Part shown: positions 27,246 to 36,139 of the stretch, in pieces
How positions within the stretch are numbered: the first letter of the stretch is position 1
Layout: each line of letters starts with the position of its first letter
Origin: Sphingobacteriales bacterium
GTDB taxonomy: Bacteria > Bacteroidota > Bacteroidia > Chitinophagales > Saprospiraceae
Assembly (NCBI GenBank): GCA_042091035.1
Contig: JBELIG010000002.1
Coordinates: 8,603-72,602 of the forward strand
Reading direction: 5' to 3'
DNA: 64,000 bases
Notes under the pieces: generated by a model
Database searches by the model: none
The model's input: only the letters and a program-made list of their open reading frames with translations
Told to the model about the DNA's origin: nothing
Made by a program: the position numbers and the translations under genes

Positions 27246-30200
27246 TTATAATCCGGTAGCATCAAACTGTCTGTTTGTACCGAACCATTTAATTACACGC
27301 TCACCAAGGCCTTCCGCTTCTACATGGATCAAGTAAACACCACCCGCTACTGGAATATTCTGACTATTCTTCATATCCCATTCAACGTCTGGAGCATATT
27401 GTGCAGACTGAAGTCCTCTGTTCGTTCCTGAAGGCGTAGTATATCTCTCAGCACGGTTAAATCTTTTAATAAATTTACCGTCCAATGAGTATATAGATAC
27501 TACACAAGTTGCAGGAAGATTTGTAATCTTAATTGTATTGTTGAAGTTATTTGAATCGTAATTAGAGAATCCGTAGTAAGGATTAGGAACTACATTGATC
27601 ATATCTAACGCAGACTCAACCTCGTCTGATGTAAGGTCCGTAGACTCTTTACCTGCTATATCGAATTGGTAAGTTGGATTACCGTTACGAACTCCAGTTC
27701 CAGTCTCTACAGCGTAAGGACTTGTAACTCGTAACTTAACAGTTACGTCATTTGGTATAAGACCAGACTCTCCAGATCCAAGAGGATCTAAACGAGCTCC
27801 AGATTTAAGAATCGGGAATCCAGCCCACACTACATTTCTAATGTATGTCAAATAGAAAGTGTAAGCACTATTCGGAGTCAAGTTCTTAGCAGCATCATAA
27901 AGTGCGTTACAGCCATCATATTCTGTATTAGTAACATAAATAAAGTGCTGCCCACCACAATAAAGATTTGCTTGCCCAAATTGAACACCCTGAAGTTCAA
28001 GTAATGTCTCATCCGATGGATTAAACATCATATCATTTGTATTTGTTCTTGAATCTTCATTTGCAAAATAAGGCTCAATAATCGGATCGCTGAATGAAGA
28101 GTTCTCTCCGAAGAAGATGTTTACACGTTTTCCTGTTTCAACATTAATCGCATAACCTGGGAACCATCCCTTACCAGTTGCTGCATCAGAAGTATCAGAA
28201 TCCGCTTTTCCATCTCCATCACTATCATACTTACCAACAGATGTTGAAGCTCGAAGCATCATCTGTGCATGGTTATCAATAGATGGGAAGTTTGATGTCA
28301 TTCCAGGGTTTGCTGTTTCTACAACGATACATCTTGACCACATACTCTTATCAGAGGTGAAAACAATATCAATATTGTTTAGGTTACCCATGATTTGAGG
28401 AAGGTTAAAGTTGTTGTTGAAGAAAGTACTTGCACCTACTTTAGTCCAACCTGGAGTCAAAACAGGTCCAGCAGCTGGATTTGTAGGATCAGTAGTATAA
28501 TCATTAGTTGCTAGAGGGAATGGCACGAAACCATCCGCCATAGAACCAAGCGTATTATTTGGATCAATATTAAACACGTTAGATCCTTCTTCAGGATTTA
28601 CGTAATCAAACGTACTTGAAATAAAGGAAGCCTGAATTCCAAAATCTTCTTCATCTTTAACTACATCAAACCAATCTGCACCAGTAACATCAGAATAAAC
28701 AACTTCTGAACCAACTGCTCCGTCAGGGCTTGCTGAATTGAATAGATCCTCATCATTCTTTATAGCAATAGAGAATCCATATTGACCAAATACTTGTTCG
28801 TTTAGTAACTCAATTGAAGTTTCTGAAGCAATGATTTCACCAGTTCCAAGGTCTTCAAGTTCCCAAACTGCATCCTCATCTAATGAGTCATCATTTTGAT
28901 CTGAATCCTTAAACCTAAGCTCATAAGATCCATTTGTTACCTCTAGTGGATTGAAAATCTTCACAGCGATTGGACCGCCACCTTCTTTGTACGTAATCGA
29001 ACCATCGAATTCACCATTTAGAATCTGATCTCTTGACTCATCAGAGATATCAAGGAAGTTAGATCCAACACCGACACCATCCAAACGTGTAACGATAGCA
29101 CCATCACCGTAATTTGAATTAAGCGTCTGATCAACAATTGGTCTTGGAATTGCAGTAAATGGAGAACCACCTCTACGACCAATGATAAATGGACGACGTT
29201 GGCCTTCACCAAGATCTTCATTAAATTCTTCGTAGTTATTATATCCGTATGCTACAACTTTGTAGTAATACCTCGTATGATTGATCAAACGTGTATCATT
29301 ACCCGATTTAAATGCATCGTTAGTTACTTTAAATGTATGCTCAATACCTTTATTAGATCCTTCTACTTGTACAGTAGGGAACCAAACTTCATCCGTAGTT
29401 CCATCTGGATATTCAATAGCTTCACTACTCCAATTGTAAATTGTAGAGATTCCATTCTTAACATCCATCTGCAAAATCAAACGAGCTTTTTCAGGATCCT
29501 GAAGATCAGCTACATCATTTGGACTTGGAATTTGGTATACTAGGTATCCTTCAAACCTATATGCTGGATCAATACCAGGAATAACAGGAGCTGTTGGATC
29601 ATCCTCAGTATATGCCTCAAATGCATTGTTTGAAGTCAATTTGTCATTTGTAAGTATCATCACCAACTCTCTGTCAAGTTCCACAAGATCTACATCCGGT
29701 GCATCTGGACCATCAAGAATATCGAAACAACTATCAAAAAGTCCTTGAGCAAAATCATCCGCTTTAAAGAACCTGTTAAGATCTGGACAAGGGTAAGTCA
29801 TGTCTGGTACCCAAACTACACCAACAATTAGTTCGTTAACAGCACCCGGAAGAAGTCTAAAAGGACCTGAAGCCTGAAGCTGACGTCTATCGTAATCAGA
29901 AGGAAGTGTTTCTGTACACATTGACCAACCTTCACCATTGTTTGGTTCATCAAAAAATACATAATCTACCTCTTCACCTCCAGTTTGGTATCCATCACCA
30001 CCAAACTGAATTGGGGTTCCGTCTCTCCATGAACCAGAAAGGTAGTTATAGTATTCAAAATCCTGAGATGGATCTGTAGTACCTACAGGAGGATCACCAA
30101 CTCCACCGTTGTTGTAAACAGCGAATGAAGACATTCCTAATTCTTCCTCACCGATAATATTATCTTCGGCATCAAAAATAGGCTTTAAAGGTCCTCTGAA

Positions 30201-31262
30201 ATAGTCAATCCCAATCATCGGAACCTCATTACCGTAAGTTGGTACACCTTGCAGACATGTAATACCATTAGTACCATCTTCTTCATCTGCATTATAAGCA
30301 TACCCAAGAGAACGAACTGTATCACAGCCAATATAATCATCCGTATAACAACCTAGATCTATATCTGCCCACATTGCAAAGTAGGTAGAATCAATCTCAT
30401 CAATTGCACGGTTAATTAAACGATAAGCTTGGAAAGTCATGTCATTTACCTGGTCATTTGTACCATAAGCAAAAGACTGAACTTGAATTTCCATCTGAAT
30501 AGCATCACCTTGAGATTCTGAGTGAATACCACCGTTATCGTTATAAATCCAGTAGATCATCTGATCTGGATATTGAGGCTCTTCACAACCTCTTACACGG
30601 ATTACAGGATAGTCTCCGTTCAGAGGTTCATATGAACCATCCGCATCTGCATCATAAAAGTATGCAAGTCCCTGCTCATTGTCAGGAAGCGCAAAACCAT
30701 AGTATGAAGCGAAGTACTGATTACCTTTTGCAGGCCAGTATTTTACACCGAAAGGAATTTGATCTTGCTCATAAGTGCCACCATTTACAGCTTCTGCAAG
30801 AAGAGCAATATGATCATCTATCTCTGAAGCATATACCTCAAAGAATCTATCCCAATCTTCACATCTTTCCTTCTCAGTAGTACCATCTGCATCGTTCAAT
30901 GGACCATTATAAAAATCCGTATTACCTTGAGAAGATCCATAAGTCTGAGCGGCAAGCTTAAGATTACCACCTGAATCAAATCCTCCTAGCCATACACCAC
31001 CTGCAAATACCGAAGATACTTCGATCTCACCTGCAGCAACAGCTGGTACTACGTATTTTCCATCACCAGAGCCATCCCACCAGTTATCACCACCGGTTCT
31101 TAGACGAGCTCTTACATTATTAACTTTACCCTGAGTCAGACGATTAACCCCCTGATCTATCTGGGCTTTAGGCTTCAGACATTCTTCTTGAGCCTGCATT
31201 CCAACAAGGAACGAGAACATCAAAAGTGCTGATAACCAATATTTATGTTTCATCATTTTCAA
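27246..31262 (-). CDS. 1338-aa secreted protein of unknown function with a T9SS C-terminal sorting domain
   Basis: The signal peptide is 'LLMFSFLVGMQAQ'. I recognise no catalytic motif. The C-terminal 90 aa or so, 'MINVVPNPYYGFSN...TIKITNLPATCVVSIYSLDGKFIKRF...GGVYLIHVEAEGLGERVIKWF', is CTD-like. Confidence 0.8.
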   Translation of the reverse strand: MKMMKHKYWLSALLMFSFLVGMQAQEECLKPKAQIDQGVNRLTQGKVNNVRARLRTGGDNWWDGSGDGKYVVPAVAAGEIEVSSVFAGGVWLGGFDSGGNLKLAAQTYGSSQGNTDFYNGPLNDADGTTEKERCEDWDRFFEVYASEIDDHIALLAEAVNGGTYEQDQIPFGVKYWPAKGNQYFASYYGFALPDNEQGLAYFYDADADGSYEPLNGDYPVIRVRGCEEPQYPDQMIYWIYNDNGGIHSESQGDAIQMEIQVQSFAYGTNDQVNDMTFQAYRLINRAIDEIDSTYFAMWADIDLGCYTDDYIGCDTVRSLGYAYNADEEDGTNGITCLQGVPTYGNEVPMIGIDYFRGPLKPIFDAEDNIIGEEELGMSSFAVYNNGGVGDPPVGTTDPSQDFEYYNYLSGSWRDGTPIQFGGDGYQTGGEEVDYVFFDEPNNGEGWSMCTETLPSDYDRRQLQASGPFRLLPGAVNELIVGVVWVPDMTYPCPDLNRFFKADDFAQGLFDSCFDILDGPDAPDVDLVELDRELVMILTNDKLTSNNAFEAYTEDDPTAPVIPGIDPAYRFEGYLVYQIPSPNDVADLQDPEKARLILQMDVKNGISTIYNWSSEAIEYPDGTTDEVWFPTVQVEGSNKGIEHTFKVTNDAFKSGNDTRLINHTRYYYKVVAYGYNNYEEFNEDLGEGQRRPFIIGRRGGSPFTAIPRPIVDQTLNSNYGDGAIVTRLDGVGVGSNFLDISDESRDQILNGEFDGSITYKEGGGPIAVKIFNPLEVTNGSYELRFKDSDQNDDSLDEDAVWELEDLGTGEIIASETSIELLNEQVFGQYGFSIAIKNDEDLFNSASPDGAVGSEVVYSDVTGADWFDVVKDEEDFGIQASFISSTFDYVNPEEGSNVFNIDPNNTLGSMADGFVPFPLATNDYTTDPTNPAAGPVLTPGWTKVGASTFFNNNFNLPQIMGNLNNIDIVFTSDKSMWSRCIVVETANPGMTSNFPSIDNHAQMMLRASTSVGKYDSDGDGKADSDTSDAATGKGWFPGYAINVETGKRVNIFFGENSSFSDPIIEPYFANEDSRTNTNDMMFNPSDETLLELQGVQFGQANLYCGGQHFIYVTNTEYDGCNALYDAAKNLTPNSAYTFYLTYIRNVVWAGFPILKSGARLDPLGSGESGLIPNDVTVKLRVTSPYAVETGTGVRNGNPTYQFDIAGKESTDLTSDEVESALDMINVVPNPYYGFSNYDSNNFNNTIKITNLPATCVVSIYSLDGKFIKRFNRAERYTTPSGTNRGLQSAQYAPDVEWDMKNSQNIPVAGGVYLIHVEAEGLGERVIKWFGTNRQFDATGL

Positions 31263-31275
31263 TTTATTTTGTCAA

Positions 31276-34200
31276 TTAGAATGAGAAAACTGTTCCTAAA
31301 TAGAATCTTCTCGGCTGTGTAAAGAAGTCAGGATTCAACATACGCCAATTGTATGCAGAAATATAACTTGTTTCAGATAGTGTTGGATCATTTCCAATTG
31401 CAGTCAATGCAGACTGACCATTAGCAGATGCCAAATAACCATCATCATCCGCCACACCTGTAGCCGTAAAGACATTTAGTACATTTCTTCTGTTCAAGAT
31501 ATTTGATACCCTTAGGTAAACCTGGAAGTTCAGGCTTGAACCATTTTCCCTAGCAATAGAGAAATTCTTCATCAATCTTGAATCCAATTGGAATGTCCAA
31601 GGTTTTCTTGCACCATTAATAGATCCAAGTGTAAAGTCTCCACCAAATTGAGTTGGCTGAAGTTTCTTCGTATAAGGACGACCTGATACTGCATTCATCT
31701 GAACATTCAGACCTGCATTAGCAAAGATGTCTCTTCCGAATAATACTGGACCATTATATTTCTTTCCTTCTCCGTAAGAGTAGTCTAGATTCAAACCGAA
31801 TCTGTGACGCTCATCAAAGTTAAGTGGATATAGTGAACGCTGAACTCCTCTAAAGTCTAGACCACGAGTCGAGTTAGCATCTGAACCAGTACCATCAGCA
31901 AACTGAAGGGTATATGATAACTGCATTTGAATATTCTTCGTACGACGAAGGTCATAATAGAATGTAAAACCTTTGGTAGTACCAAAGTCAAGGTTATCAT
32001 AGGTTGTATATTGGCCAAGGATAGCAACCTGAGTCAATTGTCTTGACTGGATCATATCTCTTAGCTCCTTGTAGTAAGCTGAAAGTTTGATTGATGAACG
32101 ATCATTAAGTTTCTGTTGGAAACCAATTTCGTAATCAATCGTACGCTCTGGCCTAAGATTTGGATTGTTCTTTAGTGTTCCTCCTTCGTAGAATAGGTAA
32201 TAATCCAATGGAGTAAATACGCTATTTGAAGCTGGACGCTGAACCATCACATCATAGTGTGCATAGAAGTTTGCAACATCTGAAATCGCAAATGAAAATG
32301 CAAGACGAGGTGAGAAATTCACCTGTGGTACATAGTCAACAAATGAAGTCGATGGATCGAATTCAGGAGAGTTGATCGATACGTCAGGATTAACATACAT
32401 TGGCTGTACAGTCTGACCACCGAAAATTTGAGGTCCTGTGCTCTCTGTACCACCTGATGTATACCAAGCATCACCATTTCTATATGCTACAACTTGTGGT
32501 TGCTCTATATTGGTTACATATACCTTAGAATCATCACCTACAGTAGATGGAGCTTCACCTCCAAATTGTGCATGATAATCAGCAGCAGAATAAACATCTT
32601 CTAAGACATACAGATCTTTAGCCACCTTCGTGTTTGCATCGAAACGATCCATACGAAGACCAAAACTAAAGTAGATATCGTCGATATTAAATTTATCTTC
32701 TACATAGAAAGCAAAGTAGTTCGGTGTAAATGCAGGAACATCAAATGTTCTCAGACCATTCTCATCTGTATTTGTGAAGAAGTCATCAAAAGTTGAGTTC
32801 TTCTTCTCACCTGTATAAGAATAACCATAATAATTCAAGATATTCTCAGTAGTAAGCTCTGAGGAAGAGAACATGTCTAATGACAATTGATCTGGACTAA
32901 ATCCATGTACATTTACGAAATCACTTAATGGAATTCCGAATGACTCACGAATCTCTCTATAAAATGAGTTACCCAATAAATCAACTGTTGCTTTACCGTA
33001 AATAGGGATAAGCTCACCCGTTTGTTCAACGAGAGAATCTCCAACGATCATTGATGTATCTACACCTATGATGTTACGATTTACTTGTTGTTCAGCAATA
33101 CGCCAAAGAGCGGTAGGATCTAAATCCCATCTTCTTGAAGTACGTTGCTCATACATAGCACCAAATTTGATGTTATGTCTGTTTGCAGAATTTTTTCTTG
33201 GAACAATCTCGAAAGATACATTCGCTTGAGCAGTTATACGATCACTCTCTGTTTTAGTGTAATTATTGTAAACAGCACCTGCATTGGTATGAAGACCATT
33301 GAAGATTTCTGTAAGTGTATTACTCTGGAAACCATTTCTGATCAAATATGCAGACTCGATAGATCCTTCTGGAATGTCTGCGTTATAATTTTCCAATACT
33401 GGATTAATTCCAGCTGGTGCATACCCTGTAAGCGTCTGAGAGAAACCTCTATGCTCTAGGAAGAATGGATAGTCCGCTGGATTTTCTCTATCAAATGGAA
33501 GACCTAGCGCATTATCAAAACTATAGTCAAAACGTCCAACATATCCGTAATCAAAGAATCTGTCTTCATGTCTTGAGTCATAAGTATATCTGTTAGAACG
33601 CTCAAAACCACCCTGAAGGATGTAAGTAATATTTTGAACAGCACTTTTTGTCTCTCCCTCTCCTGCAGATGTATAATCAGTCTTTCCAAGACGGTGTCTC
33701 AACCTAAAGTTTGCACGGTAATTTTGGAAATCAGAATAAGGGTTGTTGTGCGAGTTAAAAAGAATCCAACGACTATTACCATTATCATTTGATCCTGGTA
33801 GGAATCTTTCTTTGTTCTTTCTGAATGAACCTGACGCAGTAACGTCAATACCCTTTGAAACCTGCCAATCCAATTTTGCAGTGTAGAACATATCCTCTAT
33901 TTCTGAATTAGGATTGTAATCCAATGCTTCGACTTCTTGGTCAGTCATTGTATTAGCAGTAGGACGAAGAATTCCTCCAATATTATCAACTGGATTTGCC
34001 TCAATCTCAGCAATTTTTGCGTCCGTTGCTTTGTAATAAACTCCCTGAGGAGGATTATTATCATCTTCATATCTATATTGACCCGAAATACGGAAACCAA
34101 GTATAGATTTATCATTCTTTTTGATAATTGGACCAGCTATACTTGCAGCAGCAAGGTTATAGTTATAATTATCAAAAGGAGAAGTTGTCTCTAAATCCAC

Positions 34201-34890
34201 ACTACCAGAATAATTACTCTGAGGTCCTTTTGTGATGATCGAGATGATACCACCTGTTACATCACCGTACTGAGCGGAAATACCACCAGTCAATACCTGA
34301 ATCTGCTCATACTCCGATTGCGGAGGTAATGAACCACTCACGCGAATACCATCCACGTAATAATCGGTTGCATTAGAACGAGATCCCTTTACGTTGACAT
34401 CACCATCAACAGATGCAACACCCGCTACAGTAGATACAATACTTCCAATGGATTTACCAGGAAGATTTGCAATCTCTTCAGCTGTTACCGTCTTACCTCC
34501 AGTTGTATTATCAACTTCGATTAGTGGCACTTTGTAGCCCACCACAACGAATTCGTCCATTATTTCTGAATCCGGGACAAGGGTTACATCAAGTTTAACA
34601 ATTCTGTTTACATAAAGAACTACTCCCGTTGTTCTTGATGATGCAAAACCTACATAGGAAACCTCCACATCGTAAGTTCCGGGATCAAGATTGGGAATAG
34701 AATAATTCCCGTCAAAATCAGTCACGCCCCCAGTAATCTGGACACCGCCTCTTTTGACTAATACCGTAGCGCCGATAGCGCCTAACCCTGATTCATTCTC
34801 TGTCACCTTTCCCTGAAGGGTACCCTGGGCAGAAGCTCCAAAGGATCCTAGGAGAAGAAAAGACAGGGTTATGAGTAAATAACGTACCAT
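31276..34890 (-). CDS. Giant (1204 aa) TonB-dependent-receptor-like outer-membrane protein with an N-terminal carboxypeptidase-regulatory-like domain (Oar-like architecture)
   Basis: It has a signal peptide. The CarboxypepD_reg-like region reads 'GTLQGKVTE...GATVLV...TDFDGNYSIPNLDPGTYDVEVSYVGF'. The plug reads 'VVVGYKVPLIE...TAEEIANLPGKSIGSIVSTVAGV...VKGSRSNATDYYVDGIRV...ISAQYGDVTGGIISIITK'. A long barrel ends 'YLGTVFSF'. There is no SusD-like neighbour. Confidence 0.8.
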   Translation of the reverse strand: MVRYLLITLSFLLLGSFGASAQGTLQGKVTENESGLGAIGATVLVKRGGVQITGGVTDFDGNYSIPNLDPGTYDVEVSYVGFASSRTTGVVLYVNRIVKLDVTLVPDSEIMDEFVVVGYKVPLIEVDNTTGGKTVTAEEIANLPGKSIGSIVSTVAGVASVDGDVNVKGSRSNATDYYVDGIRVSGSLPPQSEYEQIQVLTGGISAQYGDVTGGIISIITKGPQSNYSGSVDLETTSPFDNYNYNLAAASIAGPIIKKNDKSILGFRISGQYRYEDDNNPPQGVYYKATDAKIAEIEANPVDNIGGILRPTANTMTDQEVEALDYNPNSEIEDMFYTAKLDWQVSKGIDVTASGSFRKNKERFLPGSNDNGNSRWILFNSHNNPYSDFQNYRANFRLRHRLGKTDYTSAGEGETKSAVQNITYILQGGFERSNRYTYDSRHEDRFFDYGYVGRFDYSFDNALGLPFDRENPADYPFFLEHRGFSQTLTGYAPAGINPVLENYNADIPEGSIESAYLIRNGFQSNTLTEIFNGLHTNAGAVYNNYTKTESDRITAQANVSFEIVPRKNSANRHNIKFGAMYEQRTSRRWDLDPTALWRIAEQQVNRNIIGVDTSMIVGDSLVEQTGELIPIYGKATVDLLGNSFYREIRESFGIPLSDFVNVHGFSPDQLSLDMFSSSELTTENILNYYGYSYTGEKKNSTFDDFFTNTDENGLRTFDVPAFTPNYFAFYVEDKFNIDDIYFSFGLRMDRFDANTKVAKDLYVLEDVYSAADYHAQFGGEAPSTVGDDSKVYVTNIEQPQVVAYRNGDAWYTSGGTESTGPQIFGGQTVQPMYVNPDVSINSPEFDPSTSFVDYVPQVNFSPRLAFSFAISDVANFYAHYDVMVQRPASNSVFTPLDYYLFYEGGTLKNNPNLRPERTIDYEIGFQQKLNDRSSIKLSAYYKELRDMIQSRQLTQVAILGQYTTYDNLDFGTTKGFTFYYDLRRTKNIQMQLSYTLQFADGTGSDANSTRGLDFRGVQRSLYPLNFDERHRFGLNLDYSYGEGKKYNGPVLFGRDIFANAGLNVQMNAVSGRPYTKKLQPTQFGGDFTLGSINGARKPWTFQLDSRLMKNFSIARENGSSLNFQVYLRVSNILNRRNVLNVFTATGVADDDGYLASANGQSALTAIGNDPTLSETSYISAYNWRMLNPDFFTQPRRFYLGTVFSF

Positions 34891-35306
34891 ACAGTCTTTT
34901 TTAATTAGTTACAATAATCTAATTCGAGTTTTTTTATTCACACAATATTAACCAAATGCCTCCGCTTTACAAAGAATATTAAGGTCTTGGAAGAAAGTTA
35001 TGCTCAAAAAAATCTTTCGGATATAATGTCTTTTTTGATATATTATCTCGACAATACTCCTATAAACCAATTGCAAAATAGGTCTTAAGGGTTAAAATAA
35101 TAAACTTAATCCATCTAAAATCAAGGCTTCTAAATAAACTAAAAACAACACATACAGCTATTTAACAATGATTTAAGCAAAAAAATACACACAAAACCGG
35201 ATAGATTTTATTGAAGATTAATTAATAGGATGCACAAATACCTTATCCATTTATTACCTTGCTACTCAAATTTATCACGTGCCGTGACACTAACAAATAG
35301 AATCCA

Positions 35307-35990
35307 ATGAGGTCATCTTTTTACATTTCAATTGCAATTTCATTATTATCCTTAGGTTTTCTCTTGTCTTGTAATGAGGAGGATACAGATACTCAAGAGG
35401 TCCTTAGTGGAAATTTCTATGTTAGATACCTTGAAAAAGGAAGTGTCGAACGAATAGAGGCGCACCTTTTTCTTGTGGATACCTCCAAAAACAAAACTCC
35501 TTTTGTATTGTCCGACGGTATTAAACAAGGAAAAGATAAAATGAACAGCAAATGGATCTCCGACAAACTACACAGATACCAAATTGAACAGGAAAGGTCA
35601 TTTAGAAATTTTGTAGAATTTGAATTCAAAGACCTTAGTGGTACAAGTTTAAAGAATACTATTAAGATGTCTGGCATAAAAAGCTACACGCTTGATGAGC
35701 AAGTCAGCCTCAAAGATGGTTTTGAGCTGGATTTTTCTAAAGAACAACTACAAAGCAATGAAAAAATAAATATTCTTTTTAACAATGAAAAAGGAGAGAC
35801 TAAAGTCATTAGTATAATCGGCCCACAAGATTCACTCTTACAAGTTGATCTTGTAAAACAAGGTTTGTCTGAAGGAAAATGGACGTACTATTTTGTAAAA
35901 AGAAGTGAATCAATTCAAGAAGGACCGAATATTTTATTGCATAATGCCTACGAATTCTACAGCACTGATAAACAAACTATTATAAATTAA
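35307..35990 (+). CDS. Hypothetical 227-aa lipoprotein
   Basis: The lipobox is 'GFLLSCNEE'. The gene is divergent from the TBDR-like operon and has no recognisable motif. Confidence 0.55.
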   Translation: MRSSFYISIAISLLSLGFLLSCNEEDTDTQEVLSGNFYVRYLEKGSVERIEAHLFLVDTSKNKTPFVLSDGIKQGKDKMNSKWISDKLHRYQIEQERSFRNFVEFEFKDLSGTSLKNTIKMSGIKSYTLDEQVSLKDGFELDFSKEQLQSNEKINILFNNEKGETKVISIIGPQDSLLQVDLVKQGLSEGKWTYYFVKRSESIQEGPNILLHNAYEFYSTDKQTIIN

Positions 35991-36139
35991 AGACTCCAAT
36001 GAATCTTTATTTCCTATGAAAAAGGAACGATTTAAAAGTTTTTCACTTTAATTCAGTAGTTATATTTGCTGAAGATTAGGAAATTAAGCCAACAACAAAT
36101 ATTTTTGCGAAAATTTATTCTTAGCTAAGCTCTTAAAAA

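Noticed and set aside
29018-29543. Antisense or alternate-frame ORFs inside the 1338-aa gene. Similar ORFs occur inside the 1204-aa, carB, 805-aa and 870-aa genes.
   Set aside because: They are short, low-complexity and embedded in long, well-supported reading frames. This is typical shadow-ORF behaviour in AT-rich DNA.
27246-31262. Whether the 1338-aa CTD protein next to the PorV-like gene is the T9SS sortase PorU, since porU-porV adjacency is common.
   Set aside because: I found no gingipain/C25-like catalytic His/Cys context and no '(L)LLxGDxSYD'-type block that I associate with PorU. The upstream partner is a TonB-receptor-like gene. I therefore kept it as unknown function. An HMM search should confirm this.
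34891-35306. Whether the 416-bp non-coding region upstream of the TBDR-like operon holds a riboswitch, sRNA or hidden small gene.
   Set aside because: It contains only very short ORFs (under 10 codons) and a weak 5-bp hairpin (TCACG-tgc-CGTGA). I recognise no conserved riboswitch core. It is most simply a divergent promoter region.
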